A stretch of 64,000 nt of DNA, taken from positions 37,882,001-37,946,000 of the forward strand of contig NC_042997.1 of the NCBI RefSeq assembly GCF_006345805.1, read 5' to 3'. The translations under genes were made by a program, and so were the position numbers. The first letter of the stretch is position 1, and each line of letters opens with the position of its first letter. Shown piece after piece: positions 42,442 through 55,079 of the stretch. The stretch is from Octopus sinensis. Lineage: Eukaryota. The notes under the pieces were generated by a model that saw only the letters and a program-made list of their open reading frames with translations, was not told the origin of the DNA and made no database searches.

Positions 42442-42493
42442 ATAGGCCTGCTGATGAATACGTAAGTATGAAATCACTGTGATACAGGTCTAT
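42442..42493 (+). ncRNA. Intact type I hammerhead ribozyme
   Basis: ataggcctg-CTGATGA-atac(gtaa)gtat-GAAA-tca(ctg)tga-TA-caggtctat. Stem I is 9 bp, stem II is 4 bp with a GNRA loop, the core is complete, and cleavage is predicted after A42484. Confidence 0.85.
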
Positions 42494-42768
42494 ATTTTTT
42501 AAATGTCTTACTTTGAAAAATTGCATTCGGTGGGATTAGTAATATTTTTGGTAGAAATGACTAATTGTCCCTCTTAGCTTGTGGCATGTATGTATAATGC
42601 CCTCTGGCATGTATGTATAATGCCCTCTATATATAAATTAATATGTTCAATAAGAAATAATTATTTTCGAAATTTTTTCCCTTATGAGGTTTTCACGCTA
42701 TCTACCTGACAATTTCTTGTTAAGTTTTCCTTATTAAGTAGTTGTCCTTAATTGCTAAATTTCTATAT

Positions 42769-42827
<59 letters not shown>

Positions 42828-44739
42828 CAAACAAACACACACATATATACATATACATATGCAAACTTAAGCACGCATACATATATATATATACATACAA
42901 TCATACACACATACATACGTACATATGTTGTGTGTGTGGGGGGTGAGTGTGTCTGTATGTGAGAGTGTGTGTGTGTGTATCAATGTATGTATAGTGCGTT
43001 TACATGAGAGAGAGAGAGACTGAGAAAGCGAGATTTACATATATATATTTAGAAAAATAATCTAAAATATATATTGAGCCAAGCTCTGAGAAATTTTTGG
43101 TGTTCTAACGTCTAGAAGGAATTGAAAGTCTACTTAGACACTGCTTTTTCTTCAAAAATGTAGAATCCGAGTTGGTGTGGGAACCTAAATCACAAGTGTG
43201 AAGATTAAGTGAATATCCAATAAAACAAAAACCACTTTCGTATGCTTATCAGATTTCTCACACTCTCCAAAGATTAAGATGATGTTCATGGATGAACATG
43301 AGAAGGGAACCATAATTCATTTTACTCGCGCAGAAAGGAAACCAAAAGGATTTTTCAACAATACAAATCAATGCTCAATATGTGAGGATAAGGCGGTGAA
43401 GAAGCAGAATAGTTATCACGCCGAGCAAGATGCTCAGTGATGTTTCATCTGTGTTTATGGTCAACATTTTTGTAGTCAATAAAATAATTACCAGTTGAGC
43501 TCCGAGAGTCGATGTGAGCACTTATCTCCACTTCCGAACGTACTGGCCTTGGGCCAAAGTTCGAAGCCAATAATATGTGAAAATAAAAATAATCCTTCCC
43601 TTTGATGCAGGATATTTTTAGCGAGTTTCATCTTGCTTTTCAATTAACAAAAACTTTGTACTATTGTTTCTTTAATCTCGCTGTGCCACCAACGAAAGCC
43701 AAACTATTGAGTATTCTTTAATGTTCGTTGGTCAGAATTTTGATGGACGGACATAGAATAGTGATGGCAGAATATTGTTATAGTCTCTACATAGCACACA
43801 ACGCACAGGTCTTCCACTGAAGTTTATCAAGGTCTTGATAAAGACTGCAAAGAAAGACATAACTTTACTGGACTAGCGACATCCAACCTGTTGCAATTAT
43901 CGGTAACATATTACTTTCATTGATTAATTTCAAGTGTCAATATAGATTCGAGGGAATACCAATCCTATTTTATAAAGATTAAAGGTTACAGGCTAAACAA
44001 GTCTCACAATTTCCACAGTCTGGAATAATTTGCTGCACAGACCACCTGTGTGTGGTCTTTGCGGTTATATCCCATCCAGAGATATTATACGGAAGAGTTA
44101 TGCCTGAAAGACCAAACAGTATAATGAATGATCTACATCTTCGACGTTATATTATCCCTCGGTCAATGACTCTCGACAGAGGGAAAGTATATTTTCTTGT
44201 TGAATAATTAGGCGTGTTTTGTTAGATTCACGTTCGTCTCTCAAACGAATCTGTTCGAGCGCATGCATGTGGTGTGGTTGCTATACTTGTAGCTTCTTTA
44301 CTTCAAATACAGCTTTATAAAGATGTATCAATAAAATAGAGTACCAACCGACTATTGTCGACTCTGGTATCATGATATCGGCTAATACGATTCACTTAAT
44401 TTTCAAGTGTTGCAGGCTGGTATAATCGCTAAAAGATGGCGAGAAAAACCAGTAATTTTCGTAGAAGAGTTTTGCTGCGACGTCAGTAATGGAATGATCT
44501 TGGAGGGATGGGAAACAAAGTTCAGTTTGTAAGGAATTGTTTCAGAATGTAAGGAACCGTATCAAAATGCCGCTCTAATGATATTGCTTTTCTTCTGCTC
44601 TTAACATATTTACTAATTTATGCACTAAGACAATAATTTTGAAAGCAGGATGGTGTGGTGAGGAAAGCAGGATGGTGAGGATGTTATGGAGTTTTTATGT
44701 ATATTCTGTTATTTCCACAAAAATTTCCACAAATATAGC

Positions 44740-45800
44740 ATGAATGGATGGCGTTTATTTATTGACTCTTCAAAAGTAATCTTTTCCTTCTGTTCCTCTG
44801 ACCCATGCAGCTAACTCGAAGGAAACATGAGAATATGAAGCCTCTGTTGCAAACAATTAAGTATGAGGAACATAAGTGGAATATCTGTAGTGATCTAAAT
44901 GTTGTGGCACTTTTACTTGGCACACAGCTGGGTTATACCAAGTTTTGTTGCTTCCTCTGTGCGTGGAACAGTCGGGATAAGAAAAATCATTATGAAAATA
45001 ATGTGTGGCCGAAATGATCTCTGACTCTTGGACTGAAGAATGTCATCAATCCTTGCCTTGTTGATTCTGAACAAAATTATCTGCATCCTTTGCATATTAA
45101 GCTAGGGTTGAAGAGGAATTTTGTTAAAGGTATGGATAGAACTGGCTAGGGATTCACGTATTTGAAAACTAAATTTCCAAGAGTAAGTGACGCAAAACTC
45201 AAGGAAGGTATTTTTGTTGCGCCACATATTAGGGAGCTGATGAGAGTCCAAAAGTTTGATGAAGAGTTCAACGATGTTGCAAAAACTGCGTGGCTGTCAT
45301 TTGAGGAAGTTTGCAGAGAGTTTTGGGGATTCAGAGAGAAGAAATCTCTTCTGTCATTGTGAAAGAGCAACTGACAACAGAAAGGCCTTGGGATGCAATA
45401 TGAGCCTGAAAATTCGCTTCTTGAACTCTCGCTTGGACATTTTCCCTGCAAATCTTGGGACTGTCAGTGACGAGTACGGCGAAAGGTTTCAGCAGGACGT
45501 CCTGAACAGGGAAAGTGGATCTCTACTATGTTGGCCACTAAAAAGGGGCGTTCCAGAAGCTAAATGTAGTCGAAAATCACACGCTTCTACGTTTTACAAG
45601 TAGGTTTCCTTGTAATATCAGTCTGGATTTTGAATTCATGAAATAAAATTGTGTAACAATTTACGTATACCATCACAGAAAAACTACGACTTATAGAAAA
45701 AATTTGAAAATACACTTGAATTCTACAGATAAAATGCTATTAATTGCACCTACTATTGTTTATGGAACAGAATATTTCACTAATTCTGTTGACCAATTAT
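44740..45800 (+). mobile_element. Decayed cut-and-paste transposase, Chapaev/CMC-like
   Basis: WRLFIDSSK; IKYEEHKWNICSDLNVVALLLGTQLGYTKFCCFLCAWNSR; PLHIKLG; AKLKEGIFV; LGCNMSLKIRFL..VSDEYGERFQQD. The transposase call is firm; the superfamily label is from memory. Confidence 0.7.
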
Positions 45801-45869
45801 AATTGTCAGTCTTATTTCTGCATTAATATGCTATATTTATTGTATAATTTAATTTCCCTGTCTTATAAA

Positions 45870-46430
45870 AACCACATCTTATATAAACATTCTAAAACAG
45901 TTGAAATCTGCGTTAAGGCCAATAGGCCCGATATAGTTGTCAGAGATCATTAAGAAAAAATGCGTTCTAATTGATACTTCAATAACAGCAGATGTCAATA
46001 TTTCTCTGAAAGAAATCGAGAAACTTTCAAATTACAAAGACCTGGAAATAGAGTTAACTGGAATGTGGAATCTAAAAACAGAAACAATAGTAGTAACAAT
46101 ATCACATTAGATAAAGCAAACGAAGTAAGAGAATTAGACCAAAGTCAGACGTACAAATACGTAGGAATCAATGAACAAGATACTGTGCAATACATACAAA
46201 TGAAAGAGAAGATAAGAAAGGAATACTATAGACAAATTAGATTAATACTTTAAACGGAGTTCAATGCGAAAAGCAAAATAATAGGTATCAAAAATCTAGC
46301 CTTCCCAATTATAAGTTACATCTACAATATTCCTAATTGGAGTTTAAATGACCTAACGAAACTAGGTAAACGAAACTAGAAGGGAAAACAAGCAAAATAA
46401 TGACCGAATTGAAGATGCACCATTCAAGAA
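45870..46430 (+). mobile_element. R4/Dong-type fragments: RLE endonuclease followed by a post-RT piece
   Basis: VKANRPDIVVRDH*EKKCVLIDTSITADVNISLKEIEKLSNYKDLEIE (PD-D/ExK), then TYKYVGINEQD..KEKIRKEYYRQIRLIL. Confidence 0.8.
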
Positions 46431-47421
46431 CATAGAAATAAAATTGTATGTTGGTACTTAATCTCTGATCGTTACAATGACGTAATTCAGTATTGAAAGT
46501 TCACTTGATTTTCATTTTGAAACGCATGTCAACGGAAATAAAGAAAGATTTGCAAAATAAATTGGTCCATTTCTTTTATAACATCTCCACTATATTTAAG
46601 AGGTAACTGTACTGGTAAATATTTGGCTTGTAGAAGCCGTCATAATTTGAATTTCTCTTAACTCCCTCATTATTCATGACCTTAGGCAAACCAGATGAAA
46701 ATCATTGCTAATATGAGTTGTATCCTCAAATTGTGAATAAATGGACTCTGGTATTCACAGCAACCTATACCGAAGAATTAATAGAAGGAAGTTTTCCGAC
46801 AGTTAATTAAGTTTTAATGTTTTCTTTGCTGTCCTTAGCGGAGTTGAAGATGTTCTTGACAGATACAGCTTCCTCATATCTGACAGTAAACAAGAGGTAC
46901 TCACGATATATGTGGATACAATGACATGTTAAGTGGATTCACTTTCAGATACATTCATGCACATAATGTCATAGCAAAGAAAGTAGCAAAGTAGACGTCA
47001 ATAATATTTAGCAAACGCTAAAATCATGATCAATCATATCTAGGAACAAATTATTGAAGATAATTAAATATTAACCCAACCATCACGATTACAGCTAAAC
47101 GGAAGCTGAGAAATAAGTGTAATTTTCAAGGCTCAAATGTATCTTTCCTAAGATTGTGCTGCAGCTTCATTTCCGTTGAAATAAGCAAGATGTGTATTAG
47201 CGCAGCTCTGTATTAAACGTTATCAATGATAAGTGGAAACGTAAGCGCCTCAAATACATACATTTGTAAGACTCACACGTTGACGCATGAGACATTAGAT
47301 AGTTCATCCGAGAGGATAGCTTTCAAGGAGTATTTTGCGGCCAACAAGGCAATTAACCCCACAGGTTGCCAAAGATCATGGTGTGTTACAATGTACTAAG
47401 TGTATACGTCATTACGCTTCA

Positions 47422-47476
<55 letters not shown>

Positions 47477-47621
47477 AAGAGCAATAAAGATTCAAGTTAA
47501 TTTAAAAATTTACTTGAATATGGTACCTAACTTAGATGCACCAAAAAAAACTATACTGATTTAACAATACAGTAATGTGGGGTGATTATAAGCGAGAAAG
47601 AAGCAACAAGAATGGATAAGT

Positions 47622-47712
47622 TTTTAGTACGATCGTTTCATACAAGGACAGGTTTTATTAAAAGTTGCAAAGATTACAGCATATAAACGAGTCCCGTACT
47701 CATCAGCTAAAA
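47622..47712 (-). ncRNA. Type I hammerhead ribozyme in the left inverted pLTR
   Basis: Mirror copy of 51575-51665. Confidence 0.8.
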
Positions 47713-50700
47713 TACATGTAAGTTCTCTAGACATCCTAGTGTTTGAGGCTATACTCATGAAGTAATGTAGATAATTAAACAGATTTCTAAAGTTCATTAA
47801 AGTTCTTTAAAGATGATGCATAGTCTTATCACAGAATTTTGAAAAAAGTTTATAGCATCACAGAGAAGGTGACCTAATCCATATGAATTTCCATAGATAT
47901 GATGAGGGATTATATACTCACAGAAGACAAATTTATCCATTGTTATTAGCATTACAGAGAGGGTGAATAAATCTTGTATATATGCACAGATTCCAATGGT
48001 GTAATGTAAATTTCCAGAGAAATGGAGATGAATTTCATATTCACAGGCGATAAATTTTACAATGGTTGAACACAATGAGGTAGGTTACCAATCCTTGTTA
48101 TATGATTAGGTGTTTGCCATATTAATCACATTACTGCCATTCACAAGAGGCTGCAGCTATTTAACTCTTAAGGTTGAAGGGCTTACTAGATCGGCCAAGA
48201 ATAGAGAAGGAATAGAAAAGAGAGAAAATAATGGAGGAGGGAGCAAAAAGGGGGGGAAGGGGGGCTAAAAGAGAAGAGAAAAGGAAACAGAGAATAAGAA
48301 GAAGAAAAAGAAGAAAGAGAAAAGAGAAAGAAATAGGGAAAGAAGGGGAAAAAAAAAAGAAAAAAGAAAAAAGAAAAAGAGGGTTCTAGTTATATATACA
48401 GAAAAGCTAGTAGACTGTAAGTCTGGTTTTAATCAACAGGCATCTAGGAATTGGAGGGAATATTATTATTCTTTGACCAGTAAACCGTTAATTTATTGCT
48501 GTTGAAATCAGCTATGAGTTTAAAGAGAATCTAAAGAGATAACACAGTCAGGGGTTAAGGGGTCAGATGCTAAAATCACCAGAAAATACATTAGGAAAAT
48601 CTAAGTATAATCTTATCAAAAAGTCATTAAAATTTACTTATTTAATTTATTCATTTTATTGTCTTAAGAGAGTTGTCGTTATTATTCATACATTGACCGA
48701 CTACAGGTCAAATCTTATAAGATCATTTACAAGGTGTTAGGGGATTGTCTATCCTAATGAAGATAATCATATTATCACCGAGGGAATAGCCTTATTTATT
48801 TAATTATGAATAGAATTATGGGGCTACAGTAACTAATTATATTTATTAGAGTTTGCTATTTAAATTAGATTAAGTTAGGAATTAAAATTAAATATTACAA
48901 TTAAGATTCAAAATTAAGAATTTAAAAATTGTGAGTTTGAAATTAATAAAGCCTCAATTAAGTAGCGAATAAGTACTATTCATTTCTCTGTTCTCCCGGT
49001 GAGATGAATAGTAGTAATTCTACGAACCCTAAATTTTAATAAAAAAGATATATTATGGCTGAATATTCCTTTCAACTGTGCGATACAATCGGATATACAG
49101 AACAAATTCAAAGTAATTCTGGAAAAAAATTTCCCTATCTCTCATAGATATCATAAAATTATTTCTAGGAAAACAGTTAGGATTTCTTATTCAACCCTCC
49201 CAAATATGTCCACTTTAATAGCTAAAATTAATAATAACAACATTAAACTAGCCAGGAAAGATAGAAATAAAAATAATAATATCAGAATGAATACCAATAG
49301 CAATAACAATAATACTACCAACAATAAAAACAGCAATAGGAACTATCAAAACATAGGTGAAATAGTAACCACAGAATGACTAATAACATTAACATTAATA
49401 GTAATAATAACAATGCCGATATTAATAGAAGTAATATTGTTAATAATAGAAATAATAGAAATAAGGCTAATGGAGAAAATAAGGAGAATGAAAATATCAG
49501 TGATATCTATAACAATAATATACAGTTGGATAAAAAACTAACAATAATAATAACATTACGAATAATATAAGAAATCTTGGTAGGACTTTACGCCTAAATG
49601 ATGAAACGGAAGGATCAATAAATAATAACAATACTTTAGATATCAGTACCAACTATAGAAATGATATCAAAATAATAGGAACCTTAAACATCTACCCAGG
49701 AATAATCCAAGGCCTGAAGTTGTTCCTCCTGTGTGTAAGTGTAGAATAAAATCAAAATGCCCGGCACCTGGTCTATGTAGGGAAAATAATGTAATCTATA
49801 AATGTACCATATCCCGGAGAATAACAAATTTTTTACATTGGCTGTACAATTAATTTTTAGCCAGAGTTAGAAATCACATCTCGACTTTTAAATTACGTCA
49901 TAAAGCTGGCACCACCACACTTTCAAACAAAATCTGGGAACTCAAAATAATAACAAAAATTATACCCTTAATTGGGAAATAGTTAGGAGAGCAATTCCGT
50001 ATAAAAATAGTAGGGTTGGTTGTCAACTATGCTCCATGGAGACGTACGAAATTCTAAAGCATAGTAAACATAGAAACTTATTGAATAACCATATCGAACT
50101 AGGTCAAGTTTGTGTCCCCGCTAAATTGAAGACTTTAAAATATTTAAGTGATTGGAATATTCATAACTAGATAGATAGATATAACTTGATTTCTACTAGT
50201 ATAGCACTGCTTTAAGTAGATAACTAAGAGTTCTCACATTACAGTTATCTTTATCTTTTTCCTTATTCTACATCAGTTTTCTGAGAACAGAGAAATGAAT
50301 AGTACTTATTCGCTACTTAATTGAGGCTTTATTTAATTTCAAACTCACAATTTTTAAATTCTTAATTTTGAATCTTAATTGTAATATTTAATTTTAATTC
50401 CTAACTTAATCTAATTTAAATAGCATAACTCTAATAAATTATAATTAGTTACTGTAGCCCCATAATTCTATTTCATAATTAAATAATAAGGCTATTCCTC
50501 GGTGATAATATGATTATCTTCATTAGGATAGACAATCCCCTAACACCTTGTAAATGATCTTATAAGATTTGACCTGTAGTCGGTCAAGTATATGAATAAT
50601 AACGACAACTCCTTAAGACAATAAAATGAATAAATTAAATAAGTAAATTTTTAATGACTTTTTGATAAGATTATACTTAGATTTTCCTAATGTATTTTCT

Positions 50701-51574
50701 GGTGATTTTAGCATCTGACCCCTTAACCCCTGACTGTGTTATCTCTTTAGATTCTCTTTAAACTCATAGCTGATTTCAACAGCAATAAATTAACGGTTTA
50801 CTGGTCAAAGAATAATAATATTCCCCTCCAATTCCTAGATGCCTGTTGATTAAAACCAGACTTACAGTCTACTAGCTTTTCTGTATAACTAGAACCCTCT
50901 TTTTTCTTTTTTCTTTTTTCTTTTTCTTTTTTCCCTTCTTTCCCTATTTCTTTCTCTTTTCTCTTTCTTCTTTTTCTTCTTCTTATTCTCTGTTTCCTTT
51001 TCTCTTCTCTTTTAGCCCCCCTTCCCCCCCTTTTTTGCTCCCTCCTCCATTATTTTCTCTCTTTTCTATTCCCTTCTCTATTCTTGGCCGATCTAGTAAG
51101 CCCTTCAACCTTTAAGAGTTAAATAGCTGCAGCCTCTTGTGAATGGCAGTAATGTGATTAATATGGCAAACACCTAATCATATAACAAGGATTGGTACCT
51201 ACCTCATTGTGTTCAACCATTGTAAAATTTATCGCCTGTGAATATGAAATTCATCTCCATTTCTCTGGAAATTTACATCTACACCATTGGAATCTGTGCA
51301 TATATACAAAGGATTAATTCACCCTCTCTGTAATGCTAATAACAATGGATAAATTTGTCTTCTGTGAGTATATAATCCCTCATCATATCTATGGAAATTC
51401 ATATGGATTAGGTCACCTTCTCTGTGATGCTATCAAAACTTTTTTCAAAATTCTGTGATAAGACTATGCATCATCTTTAAAGAACTTTAATGAACTTTAG
51501 AAATCTGTTTAATTATCTACATTACTTCATGAGTATAGCCTCAAACACTAGGATGTCTAGAGAACTTACATGTA

Positions 51575-51665
51575 TTTTAGCTGATGAGTACGGGACTCGT
51601 TTATATGCTGTAATCTTTGCAACTTTTAATAAAACCTGTCCTTGTATGAAACGATCGTACTAAAA
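51575..51665 (+). ncRNA. Type I hammerhead ribozyme with a long stem II insert
   Basis: ttttag-CTGATGA-gtacgggac..(~41 nt)..gtccttgtat-GAAA-cgatcg-TA-ctaaaa. Stem III is palindromic; cleavage is predicted after A51659, 36 nt before the element end and (TA)n. Confidence 0.8.
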
Positions 51666-52332
51666 ACTTATCCATTCTTGTTGCTTCTTTCTCGCGTATA
51701 TATATATATATATATATATATAATTACTCATGCACACACACAAACACATACACACGCATATATTTATATATGTAATTGTATATATTTATCTCCGGATCAT
51801 TTTATCAATAACAACTCAGGTAATGGTTTGTTATACTCCTTTGAATAATTATTAGGCAATTAGTTAAGTAACTGACCTCTTAATACCCGAGTGTTTGATT
51901 AATCGTTTGATCAACCAGATGCATCTCACATCAAAAATAACCACGAATGACAAGGGTACATAACTGATGCGATTAGGAATGTTATCGAAATGAACCTGAC
52001 AAATCAAATCATTGACTGATTGATCGTTATTTTAAACCAATGTTTTCATAACTGGTCAGTTCCAACTTCGTAGTGAAATGCATAAATAGATATCGGGTCA
52101 TAAAATACATAATGTGGATTTTTTTATACTTCTTTTACTTTTCAAAATTAAGATAAACTAATTTCTTTTATAAGCAAAAATATATATTCTCCTTCATTTT
52201 CTACAATGCTTTCCCATCTACCCTGTAGATTTGCAAGGCCTCTTTTCTAATATTCTCGTGACCGTGGCGAAAAATACTCTTCCGGTACTGTTCGGACCTC
52301 GTCTACACAATTCATATACCTACAAGTATACA

Positions 52333-52384
<52 letters not shown>

Positions 52385-52639
52385 ATATATATAGGCATAT
52401 AAACGCACAGAGAATGCTAATTTTCATAAAGAAAAATACGTAGCACTTCAAAATGGCACACTTTGTGATTTGAAATCTGAAGGTTTTCGTTGCAATAAGA
52501 TTCCTGTACACGTTAAATACAAGTTTGCAAATTTCAAAATCTGTGTTCAGAGATCTTAAAGTTAGCCTCTGGCAACTAGAACTTGTAGAGGTTTCCTTAA
52601 CTTACTAAAACTATATTTACACTTTACATATATTCTTTT

Positions 52640-52768
52640 CTACTCTAGGCACAAGGCCCGAAATTTGGGGGGAAGGAGCCAGTAGATATGATCGACCCCA
52701 GTTCGCAAGTGGTACTTAATTTATCGACCCCGAAAGGATGAAAGGCAAAGTCGACCTCGGCGGATACT
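52640..52768 (-). mobile_element. SINE family B, partial
   Basis: ATCGACCCCGAAAGGATGAAAGGCAAAGTCGACCTCGGCGGA matches 38465-38510. Confidence 0.8.
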
Positions 52769-53929
52769 TAACATATATTGAAAAATGCATACGCGCGATT
52801 CTTCTAGATAGAAATGAACTAAAATTGTGCGAGTTGCATTTTTGGTAAGTCGAATATTTTCGAGAAAATTTAACACACGCCTATGTTTACAAATGATACA
52901 GAAAATAACATGTATGACTATTATACGTGTAAAAACTGTAAATTACGGTTCGGTAAGTTTTAACTCTATGGTTAAAATAATTTATCGATAAATTTCACGG
53001 TATTCTATTTTCACAGAACATAATTACTTCTGAAGAAAATACATGCTATGTATTACTGCCTTGTAGTTACTCTCAAATAATTAAATTGCGATCATACTGT
53101 AGTGATTCGAATGTTTGATTTATGCGCACGCATGGGGTACTAAGCCGTTATTTCATTACATCCATCTGGTCCCAATTCAGTCACTACTTAGTTATATCTT
53201 CGTGTATATATTAGAGCTCTTCAGTGACAGAAGCAAACAAAATCATTTAACGAAGCATCATTTTCCTCTTCCAGCAAGGTGTATACAATGAGGAAATGAA
53301 AACGTACAATCAACAAGAATTTAAATTTTACATATCTAAGAATAACTGGCTGTTCAATCAACTTTTCTCCAATGGGGCCTACATTGATTCAGAAGTGACC
53401 TGAAAGAAAATTGTTATAATTTAGTTTCGCAAAATACAGCATATAACTGTTAGGCCAAATATTAGGTCAACTATTATAACGGTAAAATAGAAGATATCTA
53501 AACATAAATTTTTACCACGGGAGTTTGAATGTGTTCGTATTAAACTCACTTCAGAGTAAACGAATTTCAAAATTCATTTGTTTTTCATGTTTATGGTAAA
53601 TAATAATTTCATAGAAAAACATACGTATATTGCATCTGTAAAAATAAATGTCACTACATTATATAACATTTCTCTCAACGAGCGAAACAGTAATCCTGAT
53701 ATGCGTATACATATACACATATAAACACACTACACACATATACCACACAGACACACCACACACACACTCACAAACGTACACACACAAAGTTAAATTTGCA
53801 GAAAACAAAAGACGAAGACAGGTGGAGGAACAACAAGCAGGTGTTTTAGTTTGACGCTCGGGAAGAATAGGAAAGTCCAACATAGGTTTTCTTATCTGTT
53901 GTATTATCATTCAGCGTTGCGGTAACTTT

Positions 53930-54310
53930 TGCCTTATATATGACAAATTTAATAATAAATCTTTGTTCAGGTGAACAGAGTCCTGGTTTGCGACAATTAT
54001 AGACCTATATTGGATTATGTGAAGGAGAATTTAAAATTCGCTCTGTTAATCACATAACCTTCTTCCGACATAAGGACAAACGCAAAGCTACTAAATCGAC
54101 TAGCTATGTTTAAATGTTAACGAAGCATCACATGTGATTACGTGGAAAATAATTGAGAAATCCACACCATATATTAATAGATCACATAAATGTTGCTAAG
54201 TTTAGCTGAAAGAGCTCAGATCCTTTTCAGATTTAAGATCCCTAACTCTCTACTAAACACTAGGTCTGAAATCTTCAACGGTTGCAAACATATGTGTAAA
54301 TATATTTTGA
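53930..54310 (+). mobile_element. PLE GIY-YIG endonuclease fragment
   Basis: TYIGLCEGEFKIRSVNHITFFRHK; ITWKIIEKSTPY; LLNTRSEIFNGCKH. Confidence 0.75.
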
Positions 54311-54330
54311 TGAATAGGAACATATATGTA

Positions 54331-54386
<56 letters not shown>

Positions 54387-54446
54387 TAATATTTTTAAAA
54401 ATTATAGTACGTTTATAATTGTCAATATTTATACTCCACGAAACCT

Positions 54447-54857
54447 ATACTCTTTACTCTTTTACTCTTTTACTTGTTTCAGTCCTTTAACTGCGGCCAT
54501 GCTGGAGCACCGCCTTTAATCGAGCAACTCGATCCCGGGTCTTATTCTTTTGTAAGCCCAGTACTTATTCTATCGGTCTCTTTTGCCGAACCGCTAAGTA
54601 ACGGGGACATAAACACACCAGCATCGGTTGTCAAGCAATGCTAGGGGGACAAACACAGGCACACAAACACACACGCATATATATATATATACGACGGGCT
54701 TCTTTCAGTTTCCGTCTACCAAATCCACTCACAAGGCTTTGGTCGGCCCGAGGCTATAGTAGAAGACACTTTCCCAAGGTACCACGCAGTGGGACTGAAC
54801 CCAGAACCATGTGGTTGGTAGACAAGCTACTTACCACACAACCACTCCTGCGCCTAT
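54447..54857 (-). mobile_element. SINE family A, full length
   Basis: Near-identical to 17745-18157. Confidence 0.9.
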
Positions 54858-55079
54858 ATGGTTAGGGAATGGATTCAGAATTATCCAACGGAATATTCAT
54901 TTAATTTCTTATCTTATAAGAATTTTATTGGCTTAATACGTTAACTGTTGAATAAAAAAATTTGAATAACTAACTGAGAGGAAAGTGGTAATCGTTTTGA
55001 GTTAATCCCTTACTTTTTACTAAAATAATTATTATCGTTAATCAACGAGCTAAGTAAACCTTGTACCTGATTATGGAGA

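Larger units (their letters stand above)
47592..51695 (+). mobile_element. 5'-truncated PLE bounded by ~1.4-kb inverted pLTRs
   Basis: 47592-48995 is the reverse complement of 50283-51695 apart from a few, mostly homopolymer, differences. The spacer encodes ILWLNIPFNCAIQSDIQNKFKVILEKNFP, an Asn-rich linker and CKCRIKSKCPAPGLCRENNVIYKC..YIGC..LNWEIVRRAIPY..CQLC. Confidence 0.9.

Noticed and set aside
51380-51410. HHIYGNSY as a decayed C2H2 CDICGKSF motif
   Set aside because: Both cysteines are absent and there is no TGEKP linker; the similarity is too weak.
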